Shown: one piece after another, positions 16,546-30,846 of the stretch
Layout: every line of letters begins with the position of its first letter
Position numbering within the stretch: the first letter of the stretch is position 1
Notes under the pieces: model-generated
Told to the model about the DNA's origin: nothing
What the model saw: the letters and a program-made list of their open reading frames with translations, nothing else
The model's database searches: none
Program-made: the position numbers and the translations under genes
Assembly: GCF_009914755.1 (NCBI RefSeq)
Contig: NC_060942.1
DNA: 64,000 bases
Source: the human T2T-CHM13v2.0 reference genome, Homo sapiens
Direction: 5' to 3' (one strand)

Positions 16546-16865
16546 ATCAGGTAACATTTGGTAGGACGTGTAGATGCTTTTTATCTTTAAGGGAATAGGC
16601 AAATCGTTAAAAATAAATAAATAAAAACTTGTTCAACTTGTTTAGGTACATTTTCTTATAGTGTATTGTGGTTCTTATTTTTTTAACCTTCCAGCTAGTG
16701 TGTAAATTGGAAACATTGTAGCTTAATTTGATAGTTTTAGACATAATCAAAGATGATGGAAATCTTGTTCTTAAATTTAGTCTATTCAGCAACTTGTGTA
16801 TCCTCAACTGCTGAAGACTGAAAACTTGAGATGTTCCTCTTGTTTTAAGAATTTGACTGAAAACG

Positions 16866-17143
16866 GGCTGGGCACGATGGCTCATGCCTGTAATCCCAGC
16901 ACTTTGGGAGGCCGAGATGGGTGGATCACTTGAGGCCAGGAGTTCCAGACCAGCCTTGGCAACATGGCAAAACCCCAAAAATACAAAAATTAGTGGAGCG
17001 TGGTGGCTCACACCTGTGGTCCCAGCTATTCAGGAGGCTGAGGCACAAGAATTGCTTAAACCCCAGAGGCAGAGACTGTAGTGAGATCGTGCCACTGCAC
17101 TCCAGCCTGGGTGACAGAGTGAGACCCTATCTCAAAAAAAAAA
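16866..17143 (+). mobile_element. Alu
   Basis: Alu consensus with A tail; degenerate TSD gactgaaaac/gactgagaat. Confidence 0.93.
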
Positions 17144-18199
17144 AGACTGAGAATGGTTGGCACTGTCCCCCTGTCTCCAGGAGGGTGAATGTTTCTAGCT
17201 GAACCCTGGTGCCCACTTGCTCCTCTAAGCCTTCAGCAGTCCTCCCAGCCTCAAGGGGTGATCCGTTCATCTTCCCCCCACCTCTGGAAATCCCAGCGTT
17301 TGAACGCTGGGGGGAACTGCAAGTCTAGTTTACAGGGTTTCTCAGCTGAGATGCCAGGAACACTTCGCGAGTGAGCATGCCACCACATTTGAGTGCATAT
17401 AGAAAGTTAGCTGTTTGCTACAACTGGGGACACTTCCTATTAGAGCCGCATCTGCTGGGGTGGAGGGCTGCATGGGTTGGAGAGTAGGGTGTGACTTCTT
17501 CCAGCAAGAGGAAAGAGAAGTAGCATAGTGCCCATCGCAGGCAGAGAGCACATGTTTGACTTGCTCTTGGAATTTCTGTAGAGTAAGGGTGGTCAGGTTG
17601 CCAGACTACCCCTCAAACGAGGACATGGTGCTGCTGGGTCCCAGGGTAGAGCTCTGCTGGCACCTTCAAGGCCCTGATTTACACCTAAGGGCACACAACT
17701 GGGATCTGAAAACTGGGATGCACAGTACAGACTGCAGATTTACAGGGCGGGGCTGTCTCTCATCTGACTATTGATTCTTTTGGGGGCTGTAGTTTGTATC
17801 ATAGTTATTTTTGTTCCTGTTTTTTTCCCCTCTTCAAGACAATAAGCTTTTGGAGGGCCAGGAAGTTGTGTTCCCATCTGCCGAGTGTGGGGCCTCGAGG
17901 GCCAGAACCTCAGAATGTAGAAGCTGAGTTAGTTTGTGGAAGGGTGAAGGGCTGACCTCTACTGTTGGAAATGCCAAAATCTCTGATCTGGCTTTAAATA
18001 AGCAAAACAGCCCCGCCAGACATAGAGTCATCCACAAAACCTCATGACCTCTGTTATTGCCCATCCTGTGTGGAAGCCCACTGAGAACTTCACTTGAAGA
18101 TGCTGCAGGAACAACTGCAGGGAACCTGGAGATAAGGCCCCGGGTGATGATGTAAGCTAATTGCTGAGCTGGGTGGAGCTACTTAACCTTATGGTAGGA

Positions 18200-18310
18200 G
18201 GTGGAGCTTGACGCAACCCCCTTTTCCACCAACAAGCATTTCTTTCTACCTGTCATTGAAGTGAATCATCAGTATAAGTAGCGAGCTGGGCGCATTCCTT
18301 CTCAGTTGTG
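18200..18310 (+). promoter_or_regulatory. NEDD4L: Candidate alternative core promoter (TATA-like plus Inr)
   Basis: TATAAG at 18273-18278; Inr-like TCAGTT with A at 18304 (31 bp spacing); TGACGCAA at 18209-18216 and TGAATCA at 18262-18268. Confidence 0.55.
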
Positions 18311-18490
18311 TTAAAACTTGCTGGTATTCCCCCGGTATCAGCAGAGGTGTGTACGGGCACTGCTTTAAAACTGGGAAGGAGGAAGACGAGGCCAGGGAGC
18401 CGGAGGGTCACCAAGGTAGATTTCCAGCAGCGCTAGTCCAGCTGAACACTTTCCAGCCTTGTTTTTCAGCAGCTTTGAGGAAAAGTATAG
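18304..18490 (+). other. NEDD4L: Candidate non-coding alternative first exon
   Basis: Ends in a strong donor TAG|gtaaga at 18490/18491; no ATG in the exon; CpG-enriched unique sequence behind the TATA/Inr; NEDD4L is known to use several alternative first exons. Confidence 0.6.
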
Positions 18491-21400
18491 GTAAGAACAA
18501 AGACACCACTGTATGTTTGCTATATGAATGCATAACATCTGTTCTTGGTGTGAGTTTGATGTTGGTTTAATACTGTTTTTATGTCAGCGGCATAGTTCTA
18601 GCATGTACCAAGATTTTCAATTTTAAATGCTTTTTGGTGTTCACAGTTAGCTATAATTGGTCAATTTTACCCTCCTTATGCATAAAAAGAATGATAGGCA
18701 AAGAATGAGCCTTGAAAAGAATTGGGATCAGAATTCTGGTCCCCTGTTCTTTGCTTCTTAACTTTCTTGACTGTTTAGAAAAATGTACAGCTTTTCTTCC
18801 AAAAACCAAAGCAATAATACTTTTATTTTTGAAAATAATGGAAAACAGAGACCGCTGAAGTTCTATGAATGAGGTTTTCTGTTTTAGAAATCACAGGTTG
18901 AGGAGGAAAGAATTGTGTTTTCCTTCCTGTTCTGTTTCGAGTCTCAGTATTTCTGACTTAGAAACCTCCTGGAGAAGAGGGAGATACCAGCTCTCCTTTG
19001 TTTCAAGTAAAATACCATCTTAGGTCATAAAATAGTTTGCTTGGAGAATAATTCATGGCTTATATCTGAATTTTTGGTTGGTAGCAACAGAAATCTTTCT
19101 CTTCCTCGGTATGAGTAATTTGGCTTACATGATTTAGACTAAATTTTATTATATTTTTTGTTTGAGAAAACAAAAGTCAAAGCCCAGAACATATTCAACT
19201 GAGTTTTTCCCTCAGGTTTTCTATCATTTTCCCACCCTTCCTACTCATACATGTGAATATGCTGAATGATTAACATGTGATTTTTGTTTCTTTACTGTCT
19301 CATTTCATGGTGATTCATAAACTGTTAGTTAACTGGTTATAGTGTATCCATATGTTGGCAAAGCTTGAAATAAATTTGAGTGCAGGCCACACCTTCGTAT
19401 TAATGAGCCGGGTTACTTTCAGTAAAGTATTTCTGATGTCATTAAGTGTTAAGATGGCCGGAATTCTAAAGACAATAAAAATGTATCAACAATATGAAAT
19501 ATCAAAGCCTACAGTCAAATCTGAGTTATTCTTTAGTACTTATTTCATAGCTATTCTTTAATGTTTATTCTTTAATACTTATTTCACATTGAAAAGTACT
19601 TTACACATGTTTGAATGAGATATTGCCAGTGAAAGAAACAAAAGGAAGCAAATAACTCTATAAGGGAAGTGGGATTTTAAAGTATGTTTGTGCTGGCCCC
19701 AGGCTGGTGAGTGAGTTTCATTAGCAATGACCAGGAAGAGAAAGAATGCCACAGTGGTGGGTGCTGACCTTTTTTTTTTTTTTTTAAACCTTTTTTAATG
19801 TCTGTAAGGAATACAAGGTGAACTTTAATTCTTGTGGGAATCTAGTAAGATGGAAGTCAAGAAGAGAGGAAGAAATGCTTTTTATTTAGTTAAGAGGAAG
19901 TAAACATCTGTATTAGTTACAGATGTTATGCCTTAACCTTTTTCATTCCTATTGTTTTTATGAAAATTTGCCTTTTTAAGTTAAATGAAGGTTTTCTGGA
20001 GTCCTGTATTGCAACTAAATGTTGATTTAAAACGACACATTTGGGACATTTTCTTGGCACTGTGGAATATAATGAAAAGATATAAAATGAAGGCAGGTAT
20101 GAAATTATATGAATTCTGCTACTTGAGTGTAGAAGTTTTATTCCAAAGTGGTTTGTTTGGTGGATGTGGTGATGGTGGGGGGCTCTATGTACTTATTAAG
20201 GCAAGTGATGGGACAGGAGCTTTTGTGGTCTTGACGGTTCTGTTGGGATGGGAGGGTTGTTTGGGATTTTTATGTTTCATTCCAGGCAATGTTTATTTTT
20301 TCAGCCTGTACTTCTTAGGGTTTTACCAAGTCAGTTTTCATGTGAAGCCATTTTCATATCGTTTCTTTCACCTTGATGGAAATCTTTTCCTTCTTATGTG
20401 CTTTGAGTTAAATATGATGTAGTGTGCTAGTAACATAGACGGGGCTTTCCTTTCTACAGGTGGGCTTGAAGTGAGCCTGCCACTCGCTCACCTTGAATCA
20501 CGGAGGTTTCAGAGGCCGTTGGCCTTCAGGGCAATGGCAGAAGCACGTGTTCTCTGCTGTTTTCTGAGTCTATCTTGACTGCGTTCCCAGTGGCCCAGAA
20601 TTCCCCAAGGGTCACTCGACACACCCTCGTCTACAGTAAATATTTGTGCTTCCTCTGTGCCTGGCCAGGTTTTCTCAGTACCCAGGAGCACAGGTGGGCA
20701 GTGGGATGTGGGCAGGCGGTACCCAGATTCCCTCCCACAGGGGCCACAGGGAGGACTTGGGCGCTTCCTGCCAAGAGCCCCCTGCCCTTCAGACTAAGTG
20801 GAAATAGAGATCCGGGAGTCCAGTGGACTCAGTGGAGTTCCGTAGAATACATGGAAAACGCACCGCTTTCAGTGATGTAAGCTGTCTTGTTCACTTCACG
20901 ATTACTCATCTGGCCTGCAGCAGGCAAGAGGATCACATGCAATTATAAACAGCCTCCTCTGACTAAGGTCAGTGACTGGAAACCCTGTCACGTTATCAGA
21001 GGTCATTTGGTCATAGATTCTTGGGCAGAAGCCATTGAGAGTCCTGGGGGTGTGATCTTTGAGCCTTTGCCAGTGCTGGGGTTTGACTCCTTTTAGCTCA
21101 ATTAACTGGGTCCAGGAGTTTATTTTGGCCGAGATCTGCCATGCTGAGTTGACAGGCTTGACACTGGAAGGAAGTCTCTAACTTCATTAGAGGAAATGGC
21201 GTGGCAGGCTTTAAGGCATTTTGATATACTCCACTTTTTCTCTCTTGCCCTGTTTTGTTGAGGTTTTCAGGGCCATAACTGTACCTGAGGTTAATCAGTG
21301 AGTGATCTATCTGAAAGGAATTTGTTCTCTTTGGGCACCGTCCTGTGTGGTATTATATTTGTATAACTATTTAGCTTAACTCATTCAAAAGGCTATTTAA

Positions 21401-23829
21401 GTCACTTGTCCTGTTCATTACTTGAAAACAAGTTGTCTTCTCTTTATTCTTTTAGTCAGTTACCAAATATTTCCTAAGTGTCTCTTGTGCTAGACATTGA
21501 GGGGCACTCCTTCTCCCTTTCACTTGTCTGTTTTTGTTGAGCTACATTTTTTCCTTAAGTCAGATTGTTCTTTTCCTGTTACTTTTGTTTTCACTTGATT
21601 TGTTTATTTATATTTAAATATGTACTTTAACAGTCTTGAAGCATTGGTCTGAATGAGGATGGTGATCAGATTGGGAAAATGCCCCTTAATTTTGGTTTAA
21701 AAAAATTTATTTTCTTTAAATTATTTGTTTATTGATAGGGGCCACCCACTCCAGGTGAGTGGTTTCTCTGTGTGTATGGCAGAGGAATGCTCTGTGTCTG
21801 GAAAAAAAAGTCACTTAGCTTGAAATATTATGAAAGCTGAAGAGTACAAATGTCAGAGAGAAAGGGGTATTGGGGGGGAAGAGAATGAGAAGACAAGACA
21901 CAGTCAGGGCCCTGTCACCCGTGTGGAACTGCAGGTCCCTGGAGAGATGATGCATTTATCCCTTTTTAGAGATATTGCCATTAAAAGTTGATCTTGAGCA
22001 TGACACAGAACTGAAAGCTTTGATGACAAAGCCAGCATCTCAGTTTAGCAATAACCAGGTTAGGGAAAAAACCCCAGAAACTCAACAGTGAGATTCAGCT
22101 CAGCAATGTGGGCGGGGAACCCACTGTCCCGCCTTGGGCAGGGAGCAGCCCCAGCCGCTTCATCTGCCTGATGCTGGGTTTTATCCGCTTCACAATTAAA
22201 TTTCCTTTTTGTTATGCTTGCGCACATCTATATTTGGCTTTGCTTCTTATTTTTTAAGAAAGGGGAGAAGTGTGGGCAAGGTAAAATACAGCTTGCAAGC
22301 TCCCAAATGGCAAATGCACCAGTTAGAGTCTAAGTGGCCTCCCAACCTTAAGGTGAAATTCATTTATTCAGCAAATATGTACCAAGCCCATCAGGGACCA
22401 CTGCTCGAGATACCAGTGCAAATAGAAGAGGCCAAGGGCACATTATTAGGTCCGGAGCCAGTGGCCTGCACAGCCATCTGTGACCACCTACCTCTCTGCT
22501 TGCAGGGAACTTCAGCCTGGTGGAGGAGACCCATAATAGCCAAGTCAACTGATAATAGAATTAGTAGTAGTGTTGAGGGACATAAAGAAATCAGGGTAAG
22601 GCCATCACAATTACATGGGTGGATGATCTTTTATAAAACAGCACAGTTTTGTTTTCTTCTGCCATGGTATCTCCTAACATTTTCCAGTGTGTCTACTTGC
22701 AGTTAATATGGAAGTTGCGGCTGACACTAGGTTAGTGGTTAAAAGAAAACAAGAAAACCAACCTTTAGAAATCTTTAGAAACATCATTATCATAGAAAGC
22801 TATAAACTCTTATGTATAGAAGGGTAAGTGGCCATTGATCTTGGAGCAGAATGAATGGATATTTCCTGGAAAAAAATATTTCCACTCATCAAAGATACTC
22901 AAGTCTCTTCTCATCTAATCAATATTGGAAACTAGGAATATCCACGCCTATGGAATATCCTCAGAGAGAATTAATTATTCTGCCCTCTAAGAGGTATAGT
23001 AGTTTAGACTTAGAAGTAAAGGCCTGAACTTGAGGCTGCACCATTGAAGGCAAAAGTGCCCTTTATCTCCCAGCTTTGTCATTTGCCAAATGCAATTGTG
23101 TTAAATTAAGTGACCTCCAATAGCAGAGCTCTATGTTTTCTCCCCTGACCCCCAAGTCAAAATTGATTATAGTAATCCATCAAACCAGGCCTGGCAAATG
23201 ATGTTTTGCAACTAAAGGATAAATACTGAGGGGGAGGGACGAATGTGAACGCATATGCAGAGCAACACAGTCATGAGACCATTCTATTACTTCCTAAATT
23301 TCTTAAAGCTTTTCTGTCTTTTCTGAGCTTCTCAAGTGAGCAGGGGCATGAGTTCCTGTGTTGTGCCTGGGGACAGGGAAGGCTTTGGGACCTACTGTGG
23401 TCTTAAGTCTGAGCAGTGCTAATAGCCTCGGCTCACCAAGTGCTGGGCACTGTGCTAGAGGGTGTACAAACCTCTCATCTCATGAGGCCTCACTGCTACA
23501 GCTGACAGAGATGACATCCAGTTGTTTTTAGTTGCACATGGCAGAGCTAGAAAACAAACCAGGGTGTGTCAGACTCCAGAGCGCATGCCCTCTGTGATGC
23601 CGCTGTGTTACCCTAGATCAAATCAACCAAGCCATCCGTTAAAAAAAAAAACCTGATCTTTGTCAAATATGCAATTGTTATATTTTTGTTAGAGTCTGCC
23701 TCTCCAGTGAACGATATTAATTTCCTTCAAGTGGCTACTCACAGATATCACAAAATCAGAAAGCTGCCTACCCTGCAGCCTGTATCTGCCTCCACGTCCC
23801 CACATCAGTCCTCCTTGCTGTGCTTCTTG

Positions 23830-24035
23830 TCTCTTTAGTTTTTATCATCTTCTAACACTGTGAACTTTAGTAATTTATTCTGGATTGTTTGCTACCTGTC
23901 TCCCCTTGGTAAAATGTAGGCTCCGCAGAGGTAGAGCGTTTTGTCTGTTTTCTTCACTGGCATATCTCAGGTGCCTAAAACAACCATGCCAGACATGTAG
24001 TGGTGCCAGTGACAACTTGTTGAATGAAGAAATGG
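23830..24035. mobile_element. L2 3'-end fragment
   Basis: gtaggctccgcagagggtagagcgttttgtctgttttcttcactg...ttgttgaatgaa pattern. Confidence 0.55.
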
Positions 24036-25639
24036 GAGAAAAAAGCAGACCCCGGAGACTTAGGAGGGTCTGTGTGAGGGAGTCTCCAGGCAGTCTTCCT
24101 GGGGGTGTCCTGAAGGACCTCCTGATCGTGATTTTGGTCAGTGTGGAGGCTGTGGTTTCTTCTGAGCTGTCAGTATTTGGAGGTGAGTTGTCTGCAGGTC
24201 ACCTCATCCCACCTTTACACATTAGTAAAATGGAATTCGCTGGGTGATTCTTAGGACTGTGCGGTCAGTCGAATTACCAGACGTCCCTGCATGCTCTGTC
24301 TAAGGGCTGGAGTCTGCTTTCCTTGCTTCTCTTCTAGAAAGAGGTCTGTCCACAAGGGATTAGCCTCGCGAAGTTCCTACTGTTGTTCATTGACCCAGTG
24401 AGTGTTTTACCCACTGTGGGTTTTTCCTACCTAATTGCCCCTCTGGTTTTCAGTGTTCAACATGCTGCAGTTACGTGTTCTGCTGTGGTTTTACTTAGCT
24501 TAATCCTTTATTAATTGCCTCTTGTTCAAACTCCCTAAGAGCAGATTATCCTTCTCTTTCAGCTTCTGCTCCATTGCTGTTGAACTTTTTTTTGGTCGTG
24601 ACATCAGAAAAATAACCAAGTGTGAGTCTGATAATAGCAAGTAAGGCTATTTTATTTCTATCCAATTTACCCCAAATTTGAGCAGTATTACACCTTAAAA
24701 TAATAGAGCTGGCTCTTGCCCAGCATGTGAAAAGTGTATGCTTCACGATGGACAGATATTTTCCAGTATCTACTTACCATAAATCTCAAGATTTACCCTA
24801 CCCCACTCCAGCCATTACCCCCATGTCCCATTTGCCTAACCTACCCTAGGGCCATCTCAGTGCCCTGTAAAGCAACCTTTGTTGCAGACCCACTGTGTGA
24901 CTGGAATGTGATGCACACAAGTGACCAAGGCATGGCCCTGTTCGCAAGGAGCTTCCAGACCAATAGCAGAAATGGACACATAAGTAAACAACTGCGCTAC
25001 TGATAGGCTTCTGCCAACAGGAGTGGAGCTTGAGGGCCAGGAAGCCTTCCCAGAGGCACTGGAGCTTGTTTTAACGTTACGTGCATGCCAGGTGGGGGGC
25101 AGGACATTTCTAGCAGAGGAGAAAGCATGCTGTGCTCTGAGAACTAAAAGTCATAGTCACTCCACTTGGTGACATGTATAAGGCACATGGAATAGGGCCA
25201 GAGCTGGGCAGACCGTGTATGCCACAATAGTTCGTTGTAGGTTACAAAGAACCAGTGCAGAGTGGGTGAGGCATAGGCTATTTGATTAATAATTTGGCTG
25301 CATTGACAAGATACGGAAAAGGCGAGGTTGGGACTTTCCGTGAATTTTCTCCTCAAGGTGCTTAATCAGTGAGGTTGGGATGGCCGGAGGGGGCCCTCAT
25401 TTGCTTGCCTGGTGCTCAAGCCTGAGGTCCTGGCCTTTAATAGTCAGGGAGGTCTGTGTGGAGGCAGGGTGTGAGCCCCCTCCAAGGAAAGCTGCAGTGT
25501 GAAAAGAGGCCCAGGATGAGCGTTGGGGAGTATCCACATACAACTTGATATTCCTAAAGTCTCAGTTCTTTATGGGAAAGCCCATGCACTCTTCCACACT
25601 TGGAATTCTTTGCAAAGTGAGTGGTATTTGAGCTTCTTT

Positions 25640-25795
25640 AGAGTCTTGCTACTCCCACCAGCTGTACTGGCATCACCAGGGAGCTTGTTAGAAATGCAGA
25701 TTCTCGAGGCGCGGCTCACAACTACCCAATCAGACTACATTTTAACCAGATCCCAGGCAATCCCTGTGCACGTGAAGTGCTAGAACACTGCTCTG
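25640..25795. mobile_element. MER5A-like DNA transposon
   Basis: gcatcaccagggagcttgttagaaatgcagattctc hallmark. Confidence 0.7.
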
Positions 25796-26442
25796 CGGTA
25801 AAACGACTTTGCTAACCATGGAAGAGGGTGATTTTTTTCCCTTTTCCTTTGGTGTTTTTTATAGGACCTATTTACCTTTTAGAACTTTTTCAGAATTATG
25901 GACTGCAGAATATATACAGTGTCAATGTCATTAGCAATTCATTAGTGATATTTGGCTAGAATACATAGTTGTTTCCACACAAATGCCATTTCTTACATTG
26001 AGATGGCACATGTCTGGTTAGGACTTGGGCTCATTTGTAAGGAGCCACGCTGCAGGTAGGCATGCTCCCGGGACATTAGTTGCTCAGGTTTCAAACTGCT
26101 GCCCCAGCATAGCAGATGGCACGGTAACAAAGTCCCTGTGCACTCTCACATTGCCTGCGGTGATCTATCACACATTTTGTCCCCTAATAACCTAGCTGGG
26201 GGGGAGCTCATGTCTCTGTTTGTGCTAATGCTCGCTGTATCCCCAAGTGGCAGTACTTAATATAATTGTCATTGCTCTTTAATATTATCTCATTCCACGT
26301 CAGCTGCACAAAAATTTGAGGTTAATCACAATGAATGTTTTCTCAATCCTTGTTATTGAGAGCTGTTTAATAGTTTATTTTGTATGTGAAGATTCATATC
26401 TAGATTGAGGCTTATACAACTTCATTTAAAGACAGCTTTTTC

Positions 26443-26748
26443 GGCTGGGCGCGGTGGCTCATGCCTGTAAGCCCAACACTTTGGGAGGCCGAGGCGGGCG
26501 GATCGTGAGGTCAGGAGATCAAGACTATCCTGGCCAATATGGTGAAACCCCGTCTCTACTAAAAATACAAAAATTAGCTGGGCGTGGTGGCGGGCACCTG
26601 TAGTCCCAGCTACTCGGAGGCTGAGGCAAGAGAATCCCTTGAACCCAGGAGGCGGAGGTTGCAGTGAGCCGAGATCGTGCCACTGCATTCCAGCCTGGGC
26701 GACAGAGTGAGACTCTGTCTCAAAAAAACAAAACAAACAAACAAAAAA
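26443..26748 (+). mobile_element. CpG-rich, relatively young Alu (AluSc/Y-like)
   Basis: gatcgtgaggtcaggagatcaagac diagnostic short form; many CpGs retained. Confidence 0.93.
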
Positions 26749-27330
26749 GGAAAGCTTTTTCAGGTTGGAAAAATATCAACAGCAGACATGAAAAAGCATG
26801 AAAAATGACGCTAAGAATGTAAGCAACTGGAAACAAAAATTATAATGGTGCATAGTGAGCTGAAGATCTATATTTAAATGTGAACTCCCCTTTCAGTTTA
26901 TAAGTGATTACTAACAGCCTCATCAGGTTTCTGGAATTAAATGTTTTATTATTTCCTCCCAAAGTTAGTCCTCAAACATTAGTATTTCTTGTGTTCTTTT
27001 GATTTGAATATTTGTTTTTAACACACAAGGATATCAACTCTATAAGTCAGTTAATATGTTCATGCTTTTAGTTAATCGAAAGTGGCTTATGATTTCAGTT
27101 TTTGGTATCAGGTGATGTTGCGGAAGTGAGGTTCACTGTGAAGCTTCTTCTTTTTTTTTTTTTAATCATTTTGTTGTTTCTTTGAGTGTATGTGAGCTTA
27201 TAACTCAAGACACTATGTGAAATGACCCTGTGTTTCCTACATTATAGAAAAGAGGAAAATGAAGCAAGTTCAAGAAAATTAGATTTATGTGGAAAATAAA
27301 TTCTGCATCTAGTTATTCATTATCAGGTAT

Positions 27331-27429
27331 GAGATTACAGGCATGAGCCACTGTGCCTGGTGACCTCATTTGAACTCGATTACCTCTGTGAAGACCCTGT
27401 TTCCGAAGAAGGTCAACATTCTGAGGTGC
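27331..27429 (+). repeat. About 95-bp copy of the Alu/MLT1 junction at 31342-31434
   Basis: Near-identical sequence at both sites; flanked by cattatcaggtatgag (27318-27333) and cattgtcaggtatgag (27430-27445). Confidence 0.9.
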
Positions 27430-27699
27430 CATTGTCAGGTATGAGGTAAACACACTGAGAATACCACATTTTGGCAACTCAGACAAGACTATTTTCCAAA
27501 CATGTAACCCTGGGAAGAAGGTAACCTATCATAGTGTGTGTTAAGAAGTCAAGCAACCAAGAAATGTTAATTGAAGGCCCGTTTTGTACAAGGTTGCATG
27601 GAAAAGACACACTAGCGTAAGACATGGACAGTGGCCCTGAGTGACGTGCAGCCGGTTTAGGCGAATTAAGATTTACATACTTGAAAAGGGACAAACAAG

Positions 27700-27993
27700 T
27701 CTGGACGTGGTGACTCATACCTGTAATTCCAACACTGTGGGAGGTGGAGGCAGGAGGATCCCTTGAGGCCAGGAGTTTGCAACCAGCCTGGGCAACATGG
27801 GAAAACCCCTGTCTCTACAAAAATTAAAAAAAAATTAGCCATGTGTGGCAGCATGCCCATAGTCCCAGCTACTCACAGGGGCTGAGGTGGGAGAATTGCT
27901 TGAGCCCAGGAGATCCAGGCTGCAGAGATTGTGCCACTGCAGCCTGGGTGGCAGAGCGAGACCCTATCTCAAAAAAAAAAAAAAAAAAAAAAA
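27700..27993 (+). mobile_element. AluJ-like element
   Basis: Alu consensus with long A tail. Confidence 0.92.
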
Positions 27994-28205
27994 GAACAGA
28001 AAAGGAACAAACAACAGACACAAGATTCCATGGAAAAGGGAGTGGTCTAAGTATTCAGACTGTAGGAATTCAGAGAGTGGAGAGGCTGGTTATTATGGGG
28101 GTGCTTCATCCTGGGGAGTTGAGGGAAAGGAGGTGCTGGCTGCCTGGAGCCTGGAAGAATCAAAGATTTCCAAGGCCATGGGGGGAAAGCATGAAGGATG
28201 AGTGA

Positions 28206-28596
<391 letters not shown>

Positions 28597-29989
28597 AACA
28601 AGTGGTTTAAATTGGATTCTCCATTTCCCACCTAATAGAAAGTCGGAAGCATAGGGCAAAAGTAAAGGAAGGACCCTGTGTTCTGCTGGTTAAATATAAC
28701 AGAGGTCTGACTCCATGGCTATTATAGGAGAGGTGCATTTTGTTCTATGTAAATTATCTTGATGTGTCCCCTGTGCCTTTACCCCATGATTATTTAGCAC
28801 TTTTTTCTCCACGGTCACAGGGACAGGGAGAAACATACACCCATAAAACAGTGTCATCTAGAGGCAAAAACTTGTAATGCTCAAGCATGTGCTCTGACGA
28901 GGTGGGGCAGGGTGTGTAGGAACAACACTCTACTAATTATTACAGAGCTTGCTCTGCACTCTCTGTAGAAGTCCTTCAATATCCAGTCTAACACACACAG
29001 TAACTTAAGAGAGGATTTTAAAAAATCAAAATGCCCTCAGATTTGTATTGGATTTAACCAGGCTGAGATCCCTGAGATCCAAATATAATAATGTGTCCTT
29101 TTTGGATGAATCAGACACAAGCAAAAATCTCCAGTGTGTGTCCAGCTTTAGAGGTGTAGTAATGGATTCCACAGTTCACGCTGGTGGGCCAGCCAAGACT
29201 TTTAATGCTGATGTGGGCTTCATTCTTTCTATAAACTCCCTTTCTTCTTGATAGTGCATGGGCCCAGGGGTTCCAAACATGGGTACCTGCCGTAATTGAT
29301 CTGTGTAACCGGAGAAAATACATATCCTATGGCACCCTTGTGTCGGGATATAGGGGGCATCACCGTAATGTGGCTCTTTTTCTGTTGATTATAGTTTTTT
29401 CTTTCTGTGATCACACAATTGTTTTATCCTCGCTTAAAAAATTTCAAGAAGTGCAGCACTCAGAATAACAGAAAAGTCAGGTGTCTGGTGGTTTGTTTGC
29501 ACATTTAATAGACTTGAAGATAAACTCTCTAAACATTTATTTTGCAAGTTGTTTTTCTGAGAGTTGAGGGGAAACTTTTGCCCTTTGGTCTCCCTGAGGA
29601 ATTCTAGGATTTCACAGGTAGGCGTGTGTTTTGGACTGCAGGCTGAACGTGGTTGGCAGGGTGGCATGAGGAGGGCACATATTTTAAGCGTTCTTAGGGC
29701 AGATCCACGATCCTTTACCTGCCATTTCTAAGTCCAAAAAGCCCTGAAAACCAAAGACATCTTTACAGGTTTGTAGGAAATTGATTTGAGAGCAAAACCT
29801 GATGTGAACAGATTTGAGAGTATTCTAGGCATCTTGTATAACACTTCATTCAATGCTTTGTGCCTCTTGCTGCACAGATATTAACATTCACTTATGGGCC
29901 CTGCCCCATCCCCTACTGGGGATGCTATGCAATAATCAGAATAATCAAACTAATAATAATAATAATAATTGGAATAATCACTGAGTCAT

Positions 29990-30344
29990 TGTATTAGTCC
30001 GTTTTCACGCTGCTGGTAAAGACATACCCAAGACTGGGTCATTTATAAAGAAAAAGAGGTTTAATGTACTCAGTTCCACATGGCCGGGGAGGCCTCACAA
30101 TCATGGTAGAAGGCAAAAGGCACATCTTACATGGCGGCAGACAAGAGAGAAATGAAAGCCAAGGGAAAGGGGAAACCCTGTATAAAATCATCAGATCTCT
30201 TGAGACTTATTCACTATCACAAGAATGGGGAAAACTGTCCCCATGATTCAATTATCTCCCACTGGGTCCCTCCCACAACATGTGGGAATTATAGGAGCTA
30301 CAATTTAAGATGACGTTGGGTGGGAACACAGCCAAACCATATCA
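29990..30344 (-). mobile_element. THE1-family solo LTR
   Basis: tgtattagtcc...cagccaaaccatatca; 5-bp TSD gtcat/gttat. Confidence 0.9.
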
Positions 30345-30765
30345 GTTATCTTTCTAAAGTGAGACAAAAAGTCAGAATTCTGTAACACATTTTTTCCCAA
30401 GCGTTTCCAAAAAAGGTTGGCTTTAATGGAGTATTAGTTTGCTAGGCCTGCCATGGCAAAGCACTATGAACTAGGTGGCTAACAACAGAAATTTATTTTC
30501 TATCAGTGTTGGAGTCCAGAAGTCTGAAATTAAGAGTCAGCAGGATTCTGCTGTCTCTGAGCCCTATGGGAATATCCTTTCTGGCTCTTCTAGTTTGTGA
30601 TGTTTGCCAGCAGCGTTCTCTGTTCCTTGGCCTGTAAATGACAATCTTCTCGTTGTATCTTCACATCGTCTTTCCTCTGTGCCTGTTTGTTTCTGTGTCT
30701 ACCTTTCCCCTGTTCATAAGAACACCAGTCATATTGGATCAGGGCTCAACCTAATGACCTCATTT

Positions 30766-30782
30766 CTTTCCTTTTCTTTCCT

Positions 30783-30846
<64 letters not shown>

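Noticed and set aside
19985-22706. ORFs of 145 aa (19985-20422) and 165 aa (22209-22706)
   Set aside because: No recognisable domain, codon pattern or convincing splice pair.
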